Positions 1-13,969 of a stretch of DNA of 64,000 nt are shown one piece after another (within the stretch, counting starts at the first letter, position 1; every line of letters begins with the position of its first letter). Made by a program: the position numbers and the translations under genes. Origin of the DNA: Bugula neritina (Eukaryota > Animalia > Bryozoa); NCBI GenBank assembly GCA_964035545.1, contig OZ037765.1, positions 27,341,504 through 27,405,503 on the forward strand. The letters run 5' to 3'. The notes below the pieces were generated by a model. It searched no databases. It had not been told where the DNA came from and was given only the letters and a program-made list of their open reading frames with translations.

Positions 1-173
1 ACTGGTTGTTTCATACACAAACTGTTGTACACAAAATGAAAAATGAATTAATCCTAAACCCAAATATTAAATAAATATAAAAACATATGTATGTTAGTTA
101 ATTCATATTGATATGTAAGAAACGACCTGAAAAAGTGGGTACGAAACGACTTGTGTACGAAATTACCTGCACC
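1..173. mobile_element. Truncated or decayed non-autonomous element with termini built from short GAAACGAC-type repeats (window edge)
   Basis: Three tandem units, gtaagaaacgacc / gtacgaaacgact / gtacgaaattacc, at ~115-168. An inverted copy (ggttgtttcatacac) lies at ~4-18. The left end probably lies outside the window. Confidence 0.4.
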
Positions 174-760
174 CATCAAAAGCATTAGCACGAGCGTCTA
201 AATTTGATAACCAGAAATCTGTACTGATCTTGATATTTATAATGATAATCATACTCATAGGGACCTAATTTTTGACAATAATCAATAGCTATCATAATTT
301 TTTACTAGCACTACAATATGAAAATATTTAATTTAATATCATTATTAATTATAAATATAAGCATAATTTAATAATTTACATTAAATTTAATAACAATATC
401 AATAGCAACATAATCAAATTGAAATTCAATATCATAATCATATTGACATTCTTATTATAATTATTTCACAATCTTTATGACCAAGACAGAGACTTCAAAA
501 TCATACCAAGAAGTATAATATTAATTAAAATTTAGCAGTACAACCAACATCATTATGATAAACACTAACAGTAGCCAGCCACAATGACCTTCACAATTTC
601 AAACTCAATGTGAACAAAAATGAATTAGAATATCAATATGATTCACTTTAAGAGCCCAGAAGATGAGGCAGATCAAAATGAACAAGTTTGAAGAATAACT
701 GTGAGTGTAAGAGCTAGTTTTCCATAAAAATGAATATACTTTAATTTATACTTTTAAATA

Positions 761-1123
761 CCTTTGAAGACATGGAAGACTTGGAAACACTTAAGACTCA
801 AGGTTATACAAGTGCCTCATTTGTTTTACAGTGTGGACTACAGGTTAAGTAGTGATTATGTTGATTTTTGCTACTTTTTATATGGACCCCTTGGTGTCTC
901 CAATCACTTTAGTCTAATGGTTCTTGGTAAGAAACTACCAAGGTATACTGTTACTTGTATGTTTGTAATAATATTATGATGATAATTACCAAAAACCATT
1001 AGTGATTAGCGACACCAGAGGGTCCATATGAAAAAACCAACACTATTACCACCTGTAAAACAAATGTGAAATGAGGCACTTCTAGTTCTATGAGTGTTTT
1101 CAGGTGTTCTATGTTTTCAAAGG
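761..1123. mobile_element. Degenerate foldback/MITE, TA-flanked (Tc1/mariner-type TSD)
   Basis: 761-930 (cctttgaagacatggaagacttggaaacact...gtgcctcattt...tatggaccccttggtgtctccaatcact...taatggttcttggtaa) aligns, with substitutions and indels, to the reverse complement of ~985-1123. Termini CCTTTG...CAAAGG are flanked by TA on both sides. Confidence 0.65.
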
Positions 1124-1129
1124 TATCAG

Positions 1130-1660
1130 TATCAGTATGATAGTGTATGAGCATCACTACGATTATATTTATATTTAATAATTTAATTTTATTGATATTC
1201 AATCACATTGACATTATTATTATAAATATAATAATACTATAATATTAAGTTGAATTACTATTATAACTCAAAACATTAACATGTAGTGATCATGTACATC
1301 AACATGAACTCAACACGGTGACACTGGCAGTCATAATCATAATGATAGTGGTTATCATAATTATAATGGTAGTGGTACTGATGCTGATGGTAGCACTAGT
1401 GCTAGTACTAGTAATAGTTATAATTGATAATTATATTTTATTTAATATTATTATTAATAATAATAATATTTTATATTTATAATAATTATAATAACATAGT
1501 ACTAGTAGCGTCTTAATTTGTTATATATGTTTTATCAGAGTCCTGTGTGTATCCTTTTAATTACTTAGAGTAATATTTTCACTTATTTGTTATTTCTATA
1601 ATAATAATTAGTATCACTTTATTATGATTATAAATTATCATTATCAGTATGCACAAGTTA
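1130..1660. repeat. Degenerate 3/6-nt periodic AT-rich array (promoter flank)
   Basis: e.g. tagcactagtgctagtactagtaatagttataatt; gtatcagtatcagtatgatagtgtatgagcatcact. Confidence 0.65.
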
Positions 1661-1669
1661 CACTTACAG

Positions 1670-1900
1670 CAACAGCCTACGTAAAAATGGGTGAATAGAT
1701 AAGGGAGACAACGCCGCGGCTATGTAGGCGAAACAGAAACGGGCTATTGTTTACCCACACCTCATTGGTTTGTTCCGCTGTAAAATAAATATCTTAGCGG
1801 CTCCAATAATGTCATTAACATCAATTTTGTTTACACGCGCATGCGATCTAACTATCCAAGCGGTAAATTCAAAGTGACCTTGAGTTTGCCAACACTATTT
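1670..1900. promoter_or_regulatory. CpG-containing promoter core, probably for STIL (possibly bidirectional)
   Basis: Local CpG-rich island (acgccgcggc, cacgcgcatgcg) with CCAAT boxes (ctcattggtt ~1761, ctccaat ~1801), set between periodic AT-rich arrays and upstream of the first STIL coding exon. Confidence 0.5.
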
Positions 1901-1969
1901 TGTGACATAAAAAACACTATTTGCTGTTTGTAATTTTATCCACATAGTTTCAAAATTAAAACGTTAAGT

Positions 1970-3090
1970 AGCTTAACAGCTATAGCAATATTTGTTTAGT
2001 TAAGTTAATTGCTGTGGATGCTGATTAGAATAAAAATGCATTCTCATACTGATACTCATACTTGGATCACTCAGTCTCAGAGTCCGAGAGTCAGTCTGAG
2101 TCTTAGTCGACTCTCACTCTCAGTCTTGAAACTAGAAGTTACTGTTAGATTTAGTCTACTCTAATATAAGTGTACAGTTATTGACAATGTTGTAGTTCAG
2201 CGTCTTCTAGCTACTGGCTTATTCGCAGTTTAAGAGTTATAGTTACCACTAGTCATACTCATTCTGATTCTCATGCTGGTGGTGGTACTCGTGTTGGTAT
2301 TGCCATTGGACTTGGCTATCGCTAATACTAAGTCTAATACTATTAGCAATAGTAATGCACTAACATTTAAACGTATAGCTACACTTACAGTAATGGTTAA
2401 TGCTTTATTACTTGTACTTTACCTTGGCATTTATTTTTAAAATTTGCCTTTTTTAATTTTAGTTTTTATTTCAATTTGATATCAATTATATTTCAATTTA
2501 TTATATTCTCTTAAAAATTTAGAACTCATTAGTCAGGATGATCATGATCTAAATGACCGTGATGGTTTTCATTAGATTTGGAGTTACTGTTAGTTATCGC
2601 AACACACCAAGTGTAACTCCAAGTTAGTGACTAACAGTAACAGTAACGTAAAAATAACTAGCCTACTACTAATGCAAATTAATTTGCACTAAGCCTTACT
2701 ACTTACCAAGTCTAATACTAATAACAATAGTAATAGTATTGCTATCACTATTACTAATAATTATACTTATATTATTAATATTTGTAATACTAATAATTGT
2801 TATTATAGCTTATACCTATAGTCATACTGTATATATAGTATAACTAAACGTGTAAGTTATACTAAATTACTCAGAGTTTGTGTAATAATTACGCTAATGA
2901 CTCAGTCCTACGACCAACAGTCACTGGACACAGTCACATGACTATGGCACTCACAATGCCACAAGCAAATTAACCATATACTCAAAGTATTGTTATTCAT
3001 ATATATATTGTATGTTTAATTTTTACATAATATTTTTGTAAATGCCAATACCAATACCAGTAGTTAGAGTAATACTGGTGTGTTGGTATC
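1970..3090. repeat. Degenerate hexamer-periodic array (STIL 5' intron / promoter flank)
   Basis: e.g. actgatactcatact; actcagtctcagagtccgagagtcagtctgagtc; aatactaataacaatagtaatagtattgctatcactattactaat. Confidence 0.75.
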
Positions 3091-3980
3091 GTAATTTGGC
3101 TTGGCTATGAGGTAAACTCAGCTCTTCTTAATCTGCAGGAAGAGTTAGGTATCCAGGTTTGCGTATCTGTCTTGTGGTGCTCTTCAGTCTAGGATTCTGG
3201 GCTGAGCACTTACTAACACAAAACTAGGACTCACTACCACAACCTAACACATTCTTTTTAAATTTCTCTACTCATTCACAATCTTTCTGTATGCTCACAC
3301 AAGTTCTGAATGTTCAGGAACTCTGTATTCAAAGTATCTCACTTTATCATCCCCCTCTATCTCATACACATTCTCTTTTATACTTATTACATTATTCCTA
3401 GTTATCATCTACACCACACCTACACTATAATATTGATATTACTGCAGCTATATAAACTCAAACAGAGTTGTGCTCTCTAGGTAAGGAAAAATAACTAGCC
3501 ACGTTAAAAATACAATACAACAATGTCAAATAGAGTTTTGATCTGTTGGTGCATTTACTATTATATTTATGCAATGCAAGCAAATGGATACAGATCATGT
3601 TCTGATATCTTTTCCTAATGATTACGCTTCGGTTTTTATGTAATACGGACCAATTCTAATTACTGATTGATAGTGAGTGATACTGAATTGTTAATGTGTA
3701 GGTAATGGCAACTTGGTCACTTTGACTTAATAATTAAAGTTAGAGAAATCCTACATTAATTTTGGAGAGCTTTAGAACTTTAATTTAAATTAAGAAGAAC
3801 AGATATCTCAATTTTTCAAACTCAAACCATAACGGCAGGCTTTTATTTTTGTTTAGCTACATTAGTTGAATTCACTTATATTTCATTACTGATTATATTA
3901 CAGAAAATTTAAGAGTAGCTCATGTGATGTTAACCACAATGAAACTTTAGATCTGGTGGTGTTTTTCTTTACCAGTTAGT

Positions 3981-6900
3981 ATGAAACAGTAAGTATATTA
4001 ATTTGTTATCTTGCAACTAAATGTTTATAAATTGAGATTATTTTAAACCTGTATGCAAAGTTTCAAGCATTTACATCATGAATATTTTCTTTGTTTAATT
4101 CAAACCCCTGGCGACCAGGCAGGCTAAGACTGAAAACTCACACTTGTTATATGTGCAGTGCTTTTGACTGTAGGCTAACAGGCTAAACCTCAATAATATG
4201 ATAATACCAGTTAAAAAATTGTAGGCAAAACATACCACTAATGTTTCCTTCTTCACGGAAAGCTTTATGGGCTCACAGTGCCGCAGGTGCCCCGGTGGAT
4301 TTACAGTTTCCTAAAGTTTGTATATCAGTGAGTGAACAGGTGCTCTTTCTGGCATATGGACAGTCACGATCAGGAAAAGTTGAGAAGTGTTATTTAGTTG
4401 GAGATGTTTCTGTAGAGGCTGATTGTAGTGAAGTGGTGATATTACTTAATAGCCTTTCATCTGCAGAAGCTAGCAGTATGGATTTCCCAGGCACTGTCAA
4501 TGTACCAACAAAGGTGGGTATATTTCATCATCCTGTTCATTGTGTATTGCTTCTTCTGAAATACTGGTTCATCTAGTCAAACACATGTCAGGATCCAATC
4601 AACTGACTTGGTGCTGAGCTGTACCGGACAATATAGTCCTAAAATTAGATCTAAGTTTTCAGTAACAGCTGCCCAACCTCTCAAAACTGGGCTTTAAGTA
4701 ATTGAAATTAATTTTAATCATCAAATATATCTTATTTTTATGTTCATTTGTTGATGTTTTTGTTTTAGTTAAAGAGAAACTCTCGGCATGAAGTCTCATA
4801 TATGTTAGATAAAGGCTACTTGATTAGTACTCTCACGGTATGTCAAGATTTCGTCTTATGGATTTTAATTGTTTCTCGTTTTAATGATCAAATTTCTTAA
4901 ATTTGGTTGATTAATATTAAACTGTTAGACCAAACCCTTATATTTCTAGATGAGACTTTAATTTTTTGCTAATTTCAACTCCAATTTCTGTCTCATTCGT
5001 CAAAGCATTTTTTGTGTTGTAGAACCTTTCTGATCGAGTGACAAGTGAGAGCAAAGTTCACGTCTCGGAGTTCATATCAGCAACTGCAGAGTGCACTCTT
5101 TTTGCTGGCTCCAATCAGATTCATTGTGACATCGATGTGGATGTGATTATTCCGAACTCTGAATTTACCATAACTCCCATTCAGCCAGTGACATTTGCTA
5201 AAACAGCCCTTTCTAAGTCTGTGCTTGGCAACGAAAAGCATGGCGTCATTAGCAGTCAACAGAAATCAGGGTAAGCATTTCAAGGGAGGAGGCAGTTGAT
5301 GCAGCTTATCTTATAACTGAATGATTTTTTATTTAATAAACACACAACTGTCTGTGTGCAGAAGTTTAATAGAAACAACATATAATGTAATTAAAAGGTA
5401 GTCTAAATTTATTTACTTTTTATAATACATAAAACATGACTTGCCCCAATGATGTCAACTCTCCAGTTATTTCACATTATGTTTTTAATCACCAATTTGG
5501 ACTGGTTATTCATCTGTTGAGTGAATTCACTGTAAGTTGTGAGATTCATAACACATGACAAGTCTCAAGTTCAAGTTGGTGTATTATTGTAGATATCTCA
5601 CTATGGATCAATATAGAAAAGTTGTTTTGCTGTTGGAATCAGATCCCAAGGTACTAACAGTGCCCATCATTGGCATGTAAGTACACGTCTTACTGCTGTA
5701 CTGTTACTCTATTAATGTTATTAATAGAGGTCAAGGTTTATTGCTGCTATGTTTTAGTTGGGTGAGTGGAGTAGACCTGGTGACGGACCCCTTCGTGTGG
5801 TCCAGTTGCGTCCGATACATGCACACCTCTCAGATTGGAGACAGAGTACCCAAACCAACCGACCCGTTCCTTCTGGTACACAAATCTCCCTTGATGAGCT
5901 CAGTTCAGTTCTTTGATTGTGTCCCTATGTCTACCGCCCTTACTTACACTCTGTTTTCTGGTACCCAAGGCTTCTCTATGGCAAAGGTAGGACTCTAAAT
6001 TAACAAACTGTTGGATATTCTTGACTAGTGTTTGTGCTACCTTGATGTAGTTGTTTGTACATCATGAATTGAATAGCTTATTTTTTACCATGGGAGGGTG
6101 TTTTGTATCTTTAGGAAGTGACAGAGAAGCGAAAAAGTAAATTGTTTTGTAAACTGGATCCTCAGCCTGTATCAACAGTAAAAGGACAGCAGTTGGCAGA
6201 GCATCTCGAGTACATAGCTACCTCTCGTGAAAAAGAAAACAGGTTAATAAAATAGAATGCAATGTATGGCTCCTAAAATGTAATCTTTAGCATGTGCAGT
6301 ACTCACAGTTGCATTTTAAATAATACATTGTAATAAAATTAAACTTTCATTTCTTATTGTTACCACAAGTTCACAGTAGCCTGTATTTGATGATTTATCA
6401 ATAGCATTCTGTTTATTTAGAATTCCTGCTACCCACAGTTGCTCAAAACAAAAGAGAACTGAAAATGATGATGACAGTTTGCCATGGTCTTCCCCTTTTC
6501 CTTATAAACCTAAAGTATGTATTCTTTTGGATTATTAGTAAAAAAATGGATTAATTTATCTGTTGAGCATTTCTTGAAGTTATTGAGACATTATTTTGTA
6601 GTTTTTGTTAAGTTAGTTTTGATTTACTATACAGGGATCTATTGCAACACCCTCTGTGCCGGAAATATCTCTATTGGACGAAAGCAACCCGATAGCTGCT
6701 CCTCGACCGACTAGGCTCGCACTTCACGATGTCTATGACCAAAGATTGAACCGTTCTCCGATTTCCAAACATGGAACTCTTCTAATTCCCACCCAACCAG
6801 TTCATAGACAGGAAACTGCATCCAGAAAGGTATGTTTCATTATTTAGTACAGCACTGCTCAACAATTGGTTGTGTCACATCGTATGCGTGTTGCACTCAC

Positions 6901-9900
6901 CATGAACAATTGAGAATATTTATGTATACACATGTATATGTATATATGTTCACATAACATACATGTATCGCTACTCACATGCATATCATATACGTGTACT
7001 GTGTACATACATGCACACATACATATACAGATGTATTGCTATATGTATTGATAGAGTTGTTCATGTTTGTTTATAACAGATAGAGTTTCATGGTAAGAGC
7101 CCACAAGAGGCTGGAAATGCAACTTACAATGTAAAGGCATCTCCAAGTCTTGTTCCTCTGTCACCTTCCCTCCGCTCTCCCCACCCTATGAACTATTTAC
7201 CAGATAGATGGCTACAAACACCACCTCCTGCATCTGTCCAATCACAGGTCTCCAATTTTACTCACTCAGTTTCTTGCAAACGAGACTTAAGCTTTCAGAA
7301 GCCTATGGTTTTGGACGATATGCCTGCCAAGTGCAACCTTCAGTTCTACGAAGAAGCTCCCAAGTTTGATGTGACCGAGAAGCGAGTACCCAATATGAGC
7401 ACACCTGACAATCACTGCCAACCTAAGGTGTATCGTCAACCTTTTGCCGCGGTGACACCAATGCAGCAAGCTGCTTGCTCTAACTGTAATTTGTGTCAAT
7501 GTCGAGTAAACAGGGGAGTTGTTTCCCATGCTCCTGTGTCATCCTTGAAGCCTACACATCCACTGAGTATCATCACAGATAATGTGCAAAGATTATTACT
7601 CAGTCCTCAAGTCCCTGCCTCAACATCTAATGGCCTCCATCAACCACCTAACGTGAGTAGAAGCTAATTATTTCATTAGTTGTCTTGTAAATAAAATGCT
7701 CGTTCTACTTGATAAAAAGTAATGTTTATAATAGCCGTCTGTCTTTATTAGGTTGACCCACCACCAATGGTTGCAGTTACAAATACACCCAGCAATAGTT
7801 TTCCCGCCAACAGCCGTTCTCTGCCAGTTTCTCCAGAAGTGCAGGAGATTTTGAGACAGCAAGAAAATCAGCTCAACACTCTTCAGCTGCAGATCCAGAA
7901 ACTCTTGCAGGCTCAGAACAGCCAGAATGTCCGTCTGCCGCAGTCGTCTGAGACACAGACTGTTCATACCAAGTGTGCTACAGTCAACACTGGTATCAGT
8001 CTGCTCGAGGGCAATAGTTTTCATAACGAGGAGGTGATTCGAATTTATATTAGAGTGTAATCAGCAATTAAATTATTTTCCAGGGGCAATAATAAATAAT
8101 TGATTTGATCACTTTTCATGTTGTGAAAGTTTGTATAGTCATAGTTGATGGATAGTGATGTGAATAACTAGTGCTGGAATGATATAAAATTTACTGATAA
8201 ATTGTAACATGGTTGTGTATCTTTCTACTATTGTGTGTGTGTGTGGAGAGAGAGATGCTCATTCATTTAAAACTTTATATCAAAACATTTTTAGGTCATG
8301 AAAACACTTGGCACATTTTATTTTTCTGCTTTTTACTAACTGCAGACTGTTATTCTATCTTCATAGCAAACCGAGGTTACCATTTTATAGCTACATTTCT
8401 TCTGAAGTTATATTTAGCTTATGCAATGAATTTTTACTTTTTTAAGACTCACAGCCAATCAGCACCTAGCACACATGATTCCACCAATGAAAGTTCACGA
8501 TCTCATTCACTTACACAACATGATTTGACAACTCTTGACTTGCCCACGCAGGCCACTTCACGAAGCTTCACTTCAGATATAAATGTTGACTATGAAAGTT
8601 ATGACGGCAGTCCAACAGGGTGAGTTTTGATATTAAATTCTGATAGTCACCATTCATATGTACAGAATTTGGTAATTGTTTTTTGTTAATATTTCTATGC
8701 TGCTATGTGCCCATCCATCTTGTCATATAATCACCGTTTTGGTCTGAAATATTTATTATACATTTAAAATTGGTAGCATGGTTTGTTTAATGTTAATGGC
8801 CCTTGTAATTGATGTTGATAATATATGACATTTCTGTATTGTAAGCAGTTCCCCTCAGAGGGCAGGAGAGAGTGACTCCCATTCTGATGAAAGCTGGCAA
8901 AGTCCTGTCCTTGGTGAAAGTGTCAGTATGATAGCTGAAGCTGAAAGTGTGGGCCAAGAATCTACTAGACATCAATTAGACATTATCATTGTATGTTAAC
9001 ATATGTTGACGTTTTTGAAATATTTATATTTGAATTTGTGATACCACCTTCTATAGAAAATCAAGGCTGCTATTTTCAATGCTTTTTGCTACAGAAAAAT
9101 GTTCAGGATTTACTGGCAAAGCATTCTCCAGTCAAAACTCAGTGCGAAAATAAAGAGAAAGCATACAGTGGGAATGAGTCAGATTTACTTGCAACTGTTG
9201 GCGCTTCTGGCTCAACGCAGGCAACTTCTCCACCCGAGTGTGAAAACGCACCGGGTGACATCGGAGCAGTAACCAGAGCACAACTTCGGAAAATGGGTAT
9301 AGAAATAGAAGTCTCAAGTCCACCTGTCCCGTATGTATTATTACATTGGTTAATCTCTATTCTTCTGTGTAAATATTTTTCTGCTAAACTATTGATTAAA
9401 ATAGGCGGTCTACTAAATCTAGATATTTTTATTAGTTTGTTCACCGTCAATGATATTATGCATCATCTAAAAGGCAACACAATTAAGTTTTTGTTCTTAA
9501 AAGTTACAAATTATGAAATCTATATACATAAACGCAGCTCTAGCAGATATCACATTTGTAACAATTTGTATTAAATATGGAAATCTGTTTTTCATCAACT
9601 GAACCATGAGTTACTAAAATTTGTAACATTATTAAATATAAAGATAACTGAAAGAAGTTGTTCTGTAGGTCAGAACCTGTGATACCCACTCCACGTGTGC
9701 AGTACATATCAATGATGATGACAGACTCCATGGTATCGGACTCTAATAAAAGCATGGAATTGAATGCCCTGGCTTTGAAGTATCTGCAAGATGATCAACT
9801 GACGGAACTTGCACAGCTGACTATACATCGGAGAACAAAAAGAAATGAGACAGATTTACTTAGACAAGTAAGGGAATTTGAATGCCACAGTACTTGTATT

Positions 9901-10596
9901 ATAACTATCATATTAATTCACACCTGACTAATGAATTAGTTTGACTCTATCACATGTTTCTATCGGAAAAATTTTGGGACATAATTGCTTGAGATCTACA
10001 TATTTAATGAGCATTTCTACTGAATTTGGCAATGCTAGAGTCACTACAGTTATCGACTTTCATTTCCTTGCAATTTATGAAAAAGATGATTTTGCAGCGG
10101 AGCTTTTAAATTTGATATAAAATTGGTCTGCCAAATCAATTGAGACTATTGATTGACTGAACAGCTTTCTGTATATATTTTACAGTAAAATAGCAGTCAA
10201 CTTGAGTTTACGCTTTCAAACCTTGTCTGTCTTTTATGACGAAATCTGTGATCTCAAACCTCATTTGTTTTTCAGGTCCTTACCCAAACACCACACAGTA
10301 GTACCAAATTTGAAAGCATGTTAGGAACCAACAATTTGTCACTGGCAAGTCAACAATATTTGAAACGATATGCATTAACTGACAATAAAAAATCCACAAT
10401 GGACATGGATTCTTGCAACTCTACTCCACCTCAAGATATATTGGATGCAGCATCAGCAACCCCCAAATCTACATCACCACAGGATGTCTTCAAACCAGTT
10501 CAAGCGAAACCATTAGATACAAGTTCAACAACTGATGCGTCTTCTATTCAAGTTTTGGATATAGCCAGATTGAAAGAGCTGCCTAAATTTTTGTAA
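3981..10596 (+). CDS. STIL: SCL/TAL1-interrupting locus protein (centriole duplication factor), multi-exon
   Basis: Approximate exons: 3981-3988, 4225-4513, 4770-4838, 5023-5270, 5593-5677, 5758-5987, 6115-6242, 6421-6514, 6635-6829, 7080-7652, 7752-8033, 8448-8619, 8848-8990, 9094-9330, 9670-9867, 10276-10596. STIL-family motifs: [42 protein letters not shown], central coiled coil ILRQQENQLNTLQLQIQKLL, SPVLGESVSM, STAN-like SMELNALALKYLQDDQL, and C-terminal LDIARLKELPKFL. Confidence 0.9.
6920..7045. repeat. Imperfect (TA/CA/TG) alternating purine-pyrimidine microsatellite in a STIL intron
   Basis: tatgtatacacatgtatatgtatatatg...gtgtacatacatgcacacatacatatac. Confidence 0.7.
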
Positions 10597-10887
10597 CTCA
10601 GTTTTTCATGAGTGTTGAGTGAATTTTACTTCTTTATGTATTTTGAGAAGCCTATTTTGTCTAGATTTTAAGTATGCTAGTGATGATTGCCTCAATGCTA
10701 CTCATTTTGTTAAGATTGTCAATTATAGAATAATAATATATTGATACATAATTATTGTGCTGTAGTTTATATCATCTTTATTCAGCAAACATATCACATA
10801 ATCCAACATAAAAAGCTGAATTTGAATGAACAAAACCTATGGTCAAATATAATATTAAAATTTATTTTTTCAAAAAATACTTAAATT

Positions 10888-13800
10888 TCAAAGGTCTACA
10901 TATGGTAACAACACATGAAATTCTGTTTGTTCTCTGTCATCTGATTGAATACTAAACGTCTCTGTCCAGGTGTGAAATTGACTATTTACATTGGTCGTAC
11001 CATTGACTCCATTCCAATTGCAATTGACAACTTTCTCTACTGTTCCTTCATCTGGAATTGCATTAGAATCTTCAGAATGTATATAACCATCAGGATATTC
11101 ACCTGTGATGGGGTTCCGTCTAATTGGAGCATTAACATCCTCTTCATCTTCACTATAATGTATACTGTCAAAATCAATTGGAGGAAGTAAGCTGTATGGA
11201 TCAACAGACCTTTCAAAAGTTGTCCCATTAGTCTGTTGGTGATGGTTACTAGTAGCACTGAATTGATCATTTTTCAAAGTTTCCAAATCATCCCCTATTA
11301 CATCTATTTCAGTATCATCTGAATGTTTGTTGTCTAAGTGATTTTCCAGATATCGCTCCACTAATTCTGATTTAACTTTGCTTATATCAGATGGAAGGCT
11401 TGGCAAACCTGAACCAATACTTTTTCGCCCTCTAGATTTGGGCCTTGCGCTTGCAGGAACAACAGACAAGTTAATATCATCTTCTTCCTTCTGAATCTGA
11501 TTTGTCACTATTTTATTGATTGTATCACTTTTGGTTAGTCGAGTACTCTTATCAGCTTGAAGCTCCTCAATTAGTTGAGCTGTAGTTTTTACCTTAGAAA
11601 CCTTAATTCTCTCAGGAAGTTTATTAAACTCCCCATTGATTACAGTACGAGTCTTTTTAGATGCGTTATCAGCATGACTATTTTCTCCTGAACGCCTCCT
11701 CTTCTTGTTAGCAGCATGTGTTCGATTTGTTGTGTCTAAGTGCGGGGTAAAATTTGAATGATTGTTTGCTAATATAGGTGCAGAAGTGTGGTTCTTTAAT
11801 GTGCTATTCAAGTTATTATTATCAACGGGTGTGGAGGGACGACTAGATGATTGGCTTGGTGAAACACTGAGTTTATTAAGAATAGCACAACTTTTGGGTG
11901 TGGCTGACCTACTACTATTTGAAGAAGAGATTCGCTTTACTTGAGCTATAGCAGGTGAATTCCGTCCACTTTGAGGTCTAACTAGGGGCGACACCAGTCT
12001 CCCTGGGACTGTAGATTGTTGTGTAGAAGCAGGCGATATACGCCTAGGATTAACAAGTTGCAATGCAGGAGAAGATGAAGGCACATATGCAGAATTAGTA
12101 TGAGGTTGCCTTGATACACTCAAAGCAGGGCTATAGTAAGCTGGACTGGCATTGCTTAAAGGCGAAGAGTTAGCTAGCTGCTGCCAGGACTTGACCAACT
12201 TTCTACATCGTTTTGCTAAGTCTTGATCTACAGTTTTTTTCCTTACATTGTTGATAAAGAGACCCAATCGTGTGACCTACAAATTTTGCATAATAAATAC
12301 ATGAATGTGACGTGGCTAAACCAAACATTATTGGACACCAAATAAAGTGATGAAGGACTAAAAGTTTAGCTCAGAAACACAAGCTTGCATGGATTATACT
12401 TTGCTACTAGTTTGTCACTTCTAAATTCTAGTTACTTGAACCATGAAAAATTGAAAAAAGATTGTACCTCTAAGTCTTCTCTAGTAAGCGCTGCGTTCTC
12501 CAGCTGTGTTACAACTTCAAGCACTAAAGTTCGGTCAACAATCTACAATATGCAGTGATACAAAAAGAGTTACCAAATCATTAGTTTACAAACTTTAGAC
12601 CAACCATGCTGTAGCCATATACTTCTAGTTTAACAAAAATATAAGTAATAATACAGATAAAATAATCTACCTTGTGATTTTTCACCAAGTGCTTATTCAA
12701 GTGTCAGTTGGTTTTGCTCAGCAAATGCTAAAGCACTAATTTTAAACAAAGCATTAAACTGCTTAAAAATAAGTAGAGTTGAGAGTCTCATATAGAACAT
12801 AAGCAATAACTTCAATGTAATCATGCTACAGAACTGAATATGCGCTAAGGCTTAAGTAGTTAATTTTTAATGCCAAAGTAATTAATATGTTGAACTTTGT
12901 CATGGCATGTGTGACATATATATGTTAGCAGGTGATTTAAATTTAGACATAGGTTAAATTCTTCCTCAATACTCAATTCCTACTGTTTGACTTCACATAT
13001 TCCACATTTTCGTAGGCCTAGTATAGGTTGAAAGTCAAACATAAAGATAAACTACACGATAGGAATTTTTAGACAAACTATAAATTACAAATTTTACAGT
13101 TAGTGAATTTGAGTGTAAATAGATGTAGTAGGTATTAGTATACTATTATAACTGGGCTCATACTAATACTACCAATAAGATTAATAATATAGCTATGCCT
13201 ATAGTATAACTATATATAATAGTCACAACCACTTTTGAGGCTACTTTTACAATTAGATTAAAACAGTGCTTTGAACCTTTTTCAAAATTTAAAAAATACT
13301 AAAGGTAAACCTTTGGCTTTAAAAAAAATTATAAAATTAAGTGCAAGTCATAAAAATCCCAATACACTCCTATCCTTAGGATTTAGGCTTGACACCTATG
13401 ATCTACGACTGTTGATTTTATTAACATTTCAATTTGAAAAATATCAAACATTAGCCTTGTCCGTATTTGAACTACAAGTTTAACCTAAAGCTCCAGTACT
13501 TTAATTCAGTCATAAATAAATTTCAACGTTGGGCGACAATCTAGTCAAAGGAAATCCGTATCGTTATTGCAAACTTGAAGATCAACATCAATAATGAATA
13601 ACGCCAAGATAGAAATGGTTTCAGCTTTCAAGTTCAGGTTTGCCAGAGGGAAAGTAAGAATGTCGACTACACGTTAGACTTAATCATAATGGTAGACTTT
13701 GGTTTAACATTCCGTCTCAATCCAGGCCCAATCACAGTTTGTAAGGTTTTAAATCTTTAATTTTTATTTGAAGATTAAGCCTTACTTTTAACTTACTCTT

Positions 13801-13965
13801 AGCCTTGGGCTTAAGCTAAGGCTAAGCTTTTCAAAACTTCCATACTTTTTTACCATTTTTCTTAAAATGATTAAATGCGGCGCTACACAGCATTTAACTC
13901 ACATTATTGTCTCCATCTATCGCCTCCAACAATTTATCTTTAATTTGTGAGGGGCTAGGAGACAT
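10888..13965 (-). CDS. MED26: Mediator subunit 26
   Basis: Exons 13965-13903 (MSPSPSQIKDKLLEAIDGDNN), 12542-12468 (IVDRTLVLEVVTQLENAALTREDLE) and 12276-10888. TFIIS-N-like domain LEVTRLGLFINNVRKKT..DLAKRCRKLVKSWQ, middle KVKTTAQLI motif, and C-terminal WNGVNG...FHTWTE...HVLPYVDL. Confidence 0.93.
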
Positions 13966-13969
13966 CTAA

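Noticed and set aside
764-1202. Two opposite-strand ORFs with similar peptides (YGPLGVSNH / YGPSGVANH)
   Set aside because: The similarity comes from the inverted-repeat arms of the foldback element.
1549-1558. U12-type donor-like GTATCCTTT (also ATATCCTT at ~19789 and ~56118, and minus strand ~50041)
   Set aside because: None coincides with an exon boundary needed by a gene model.
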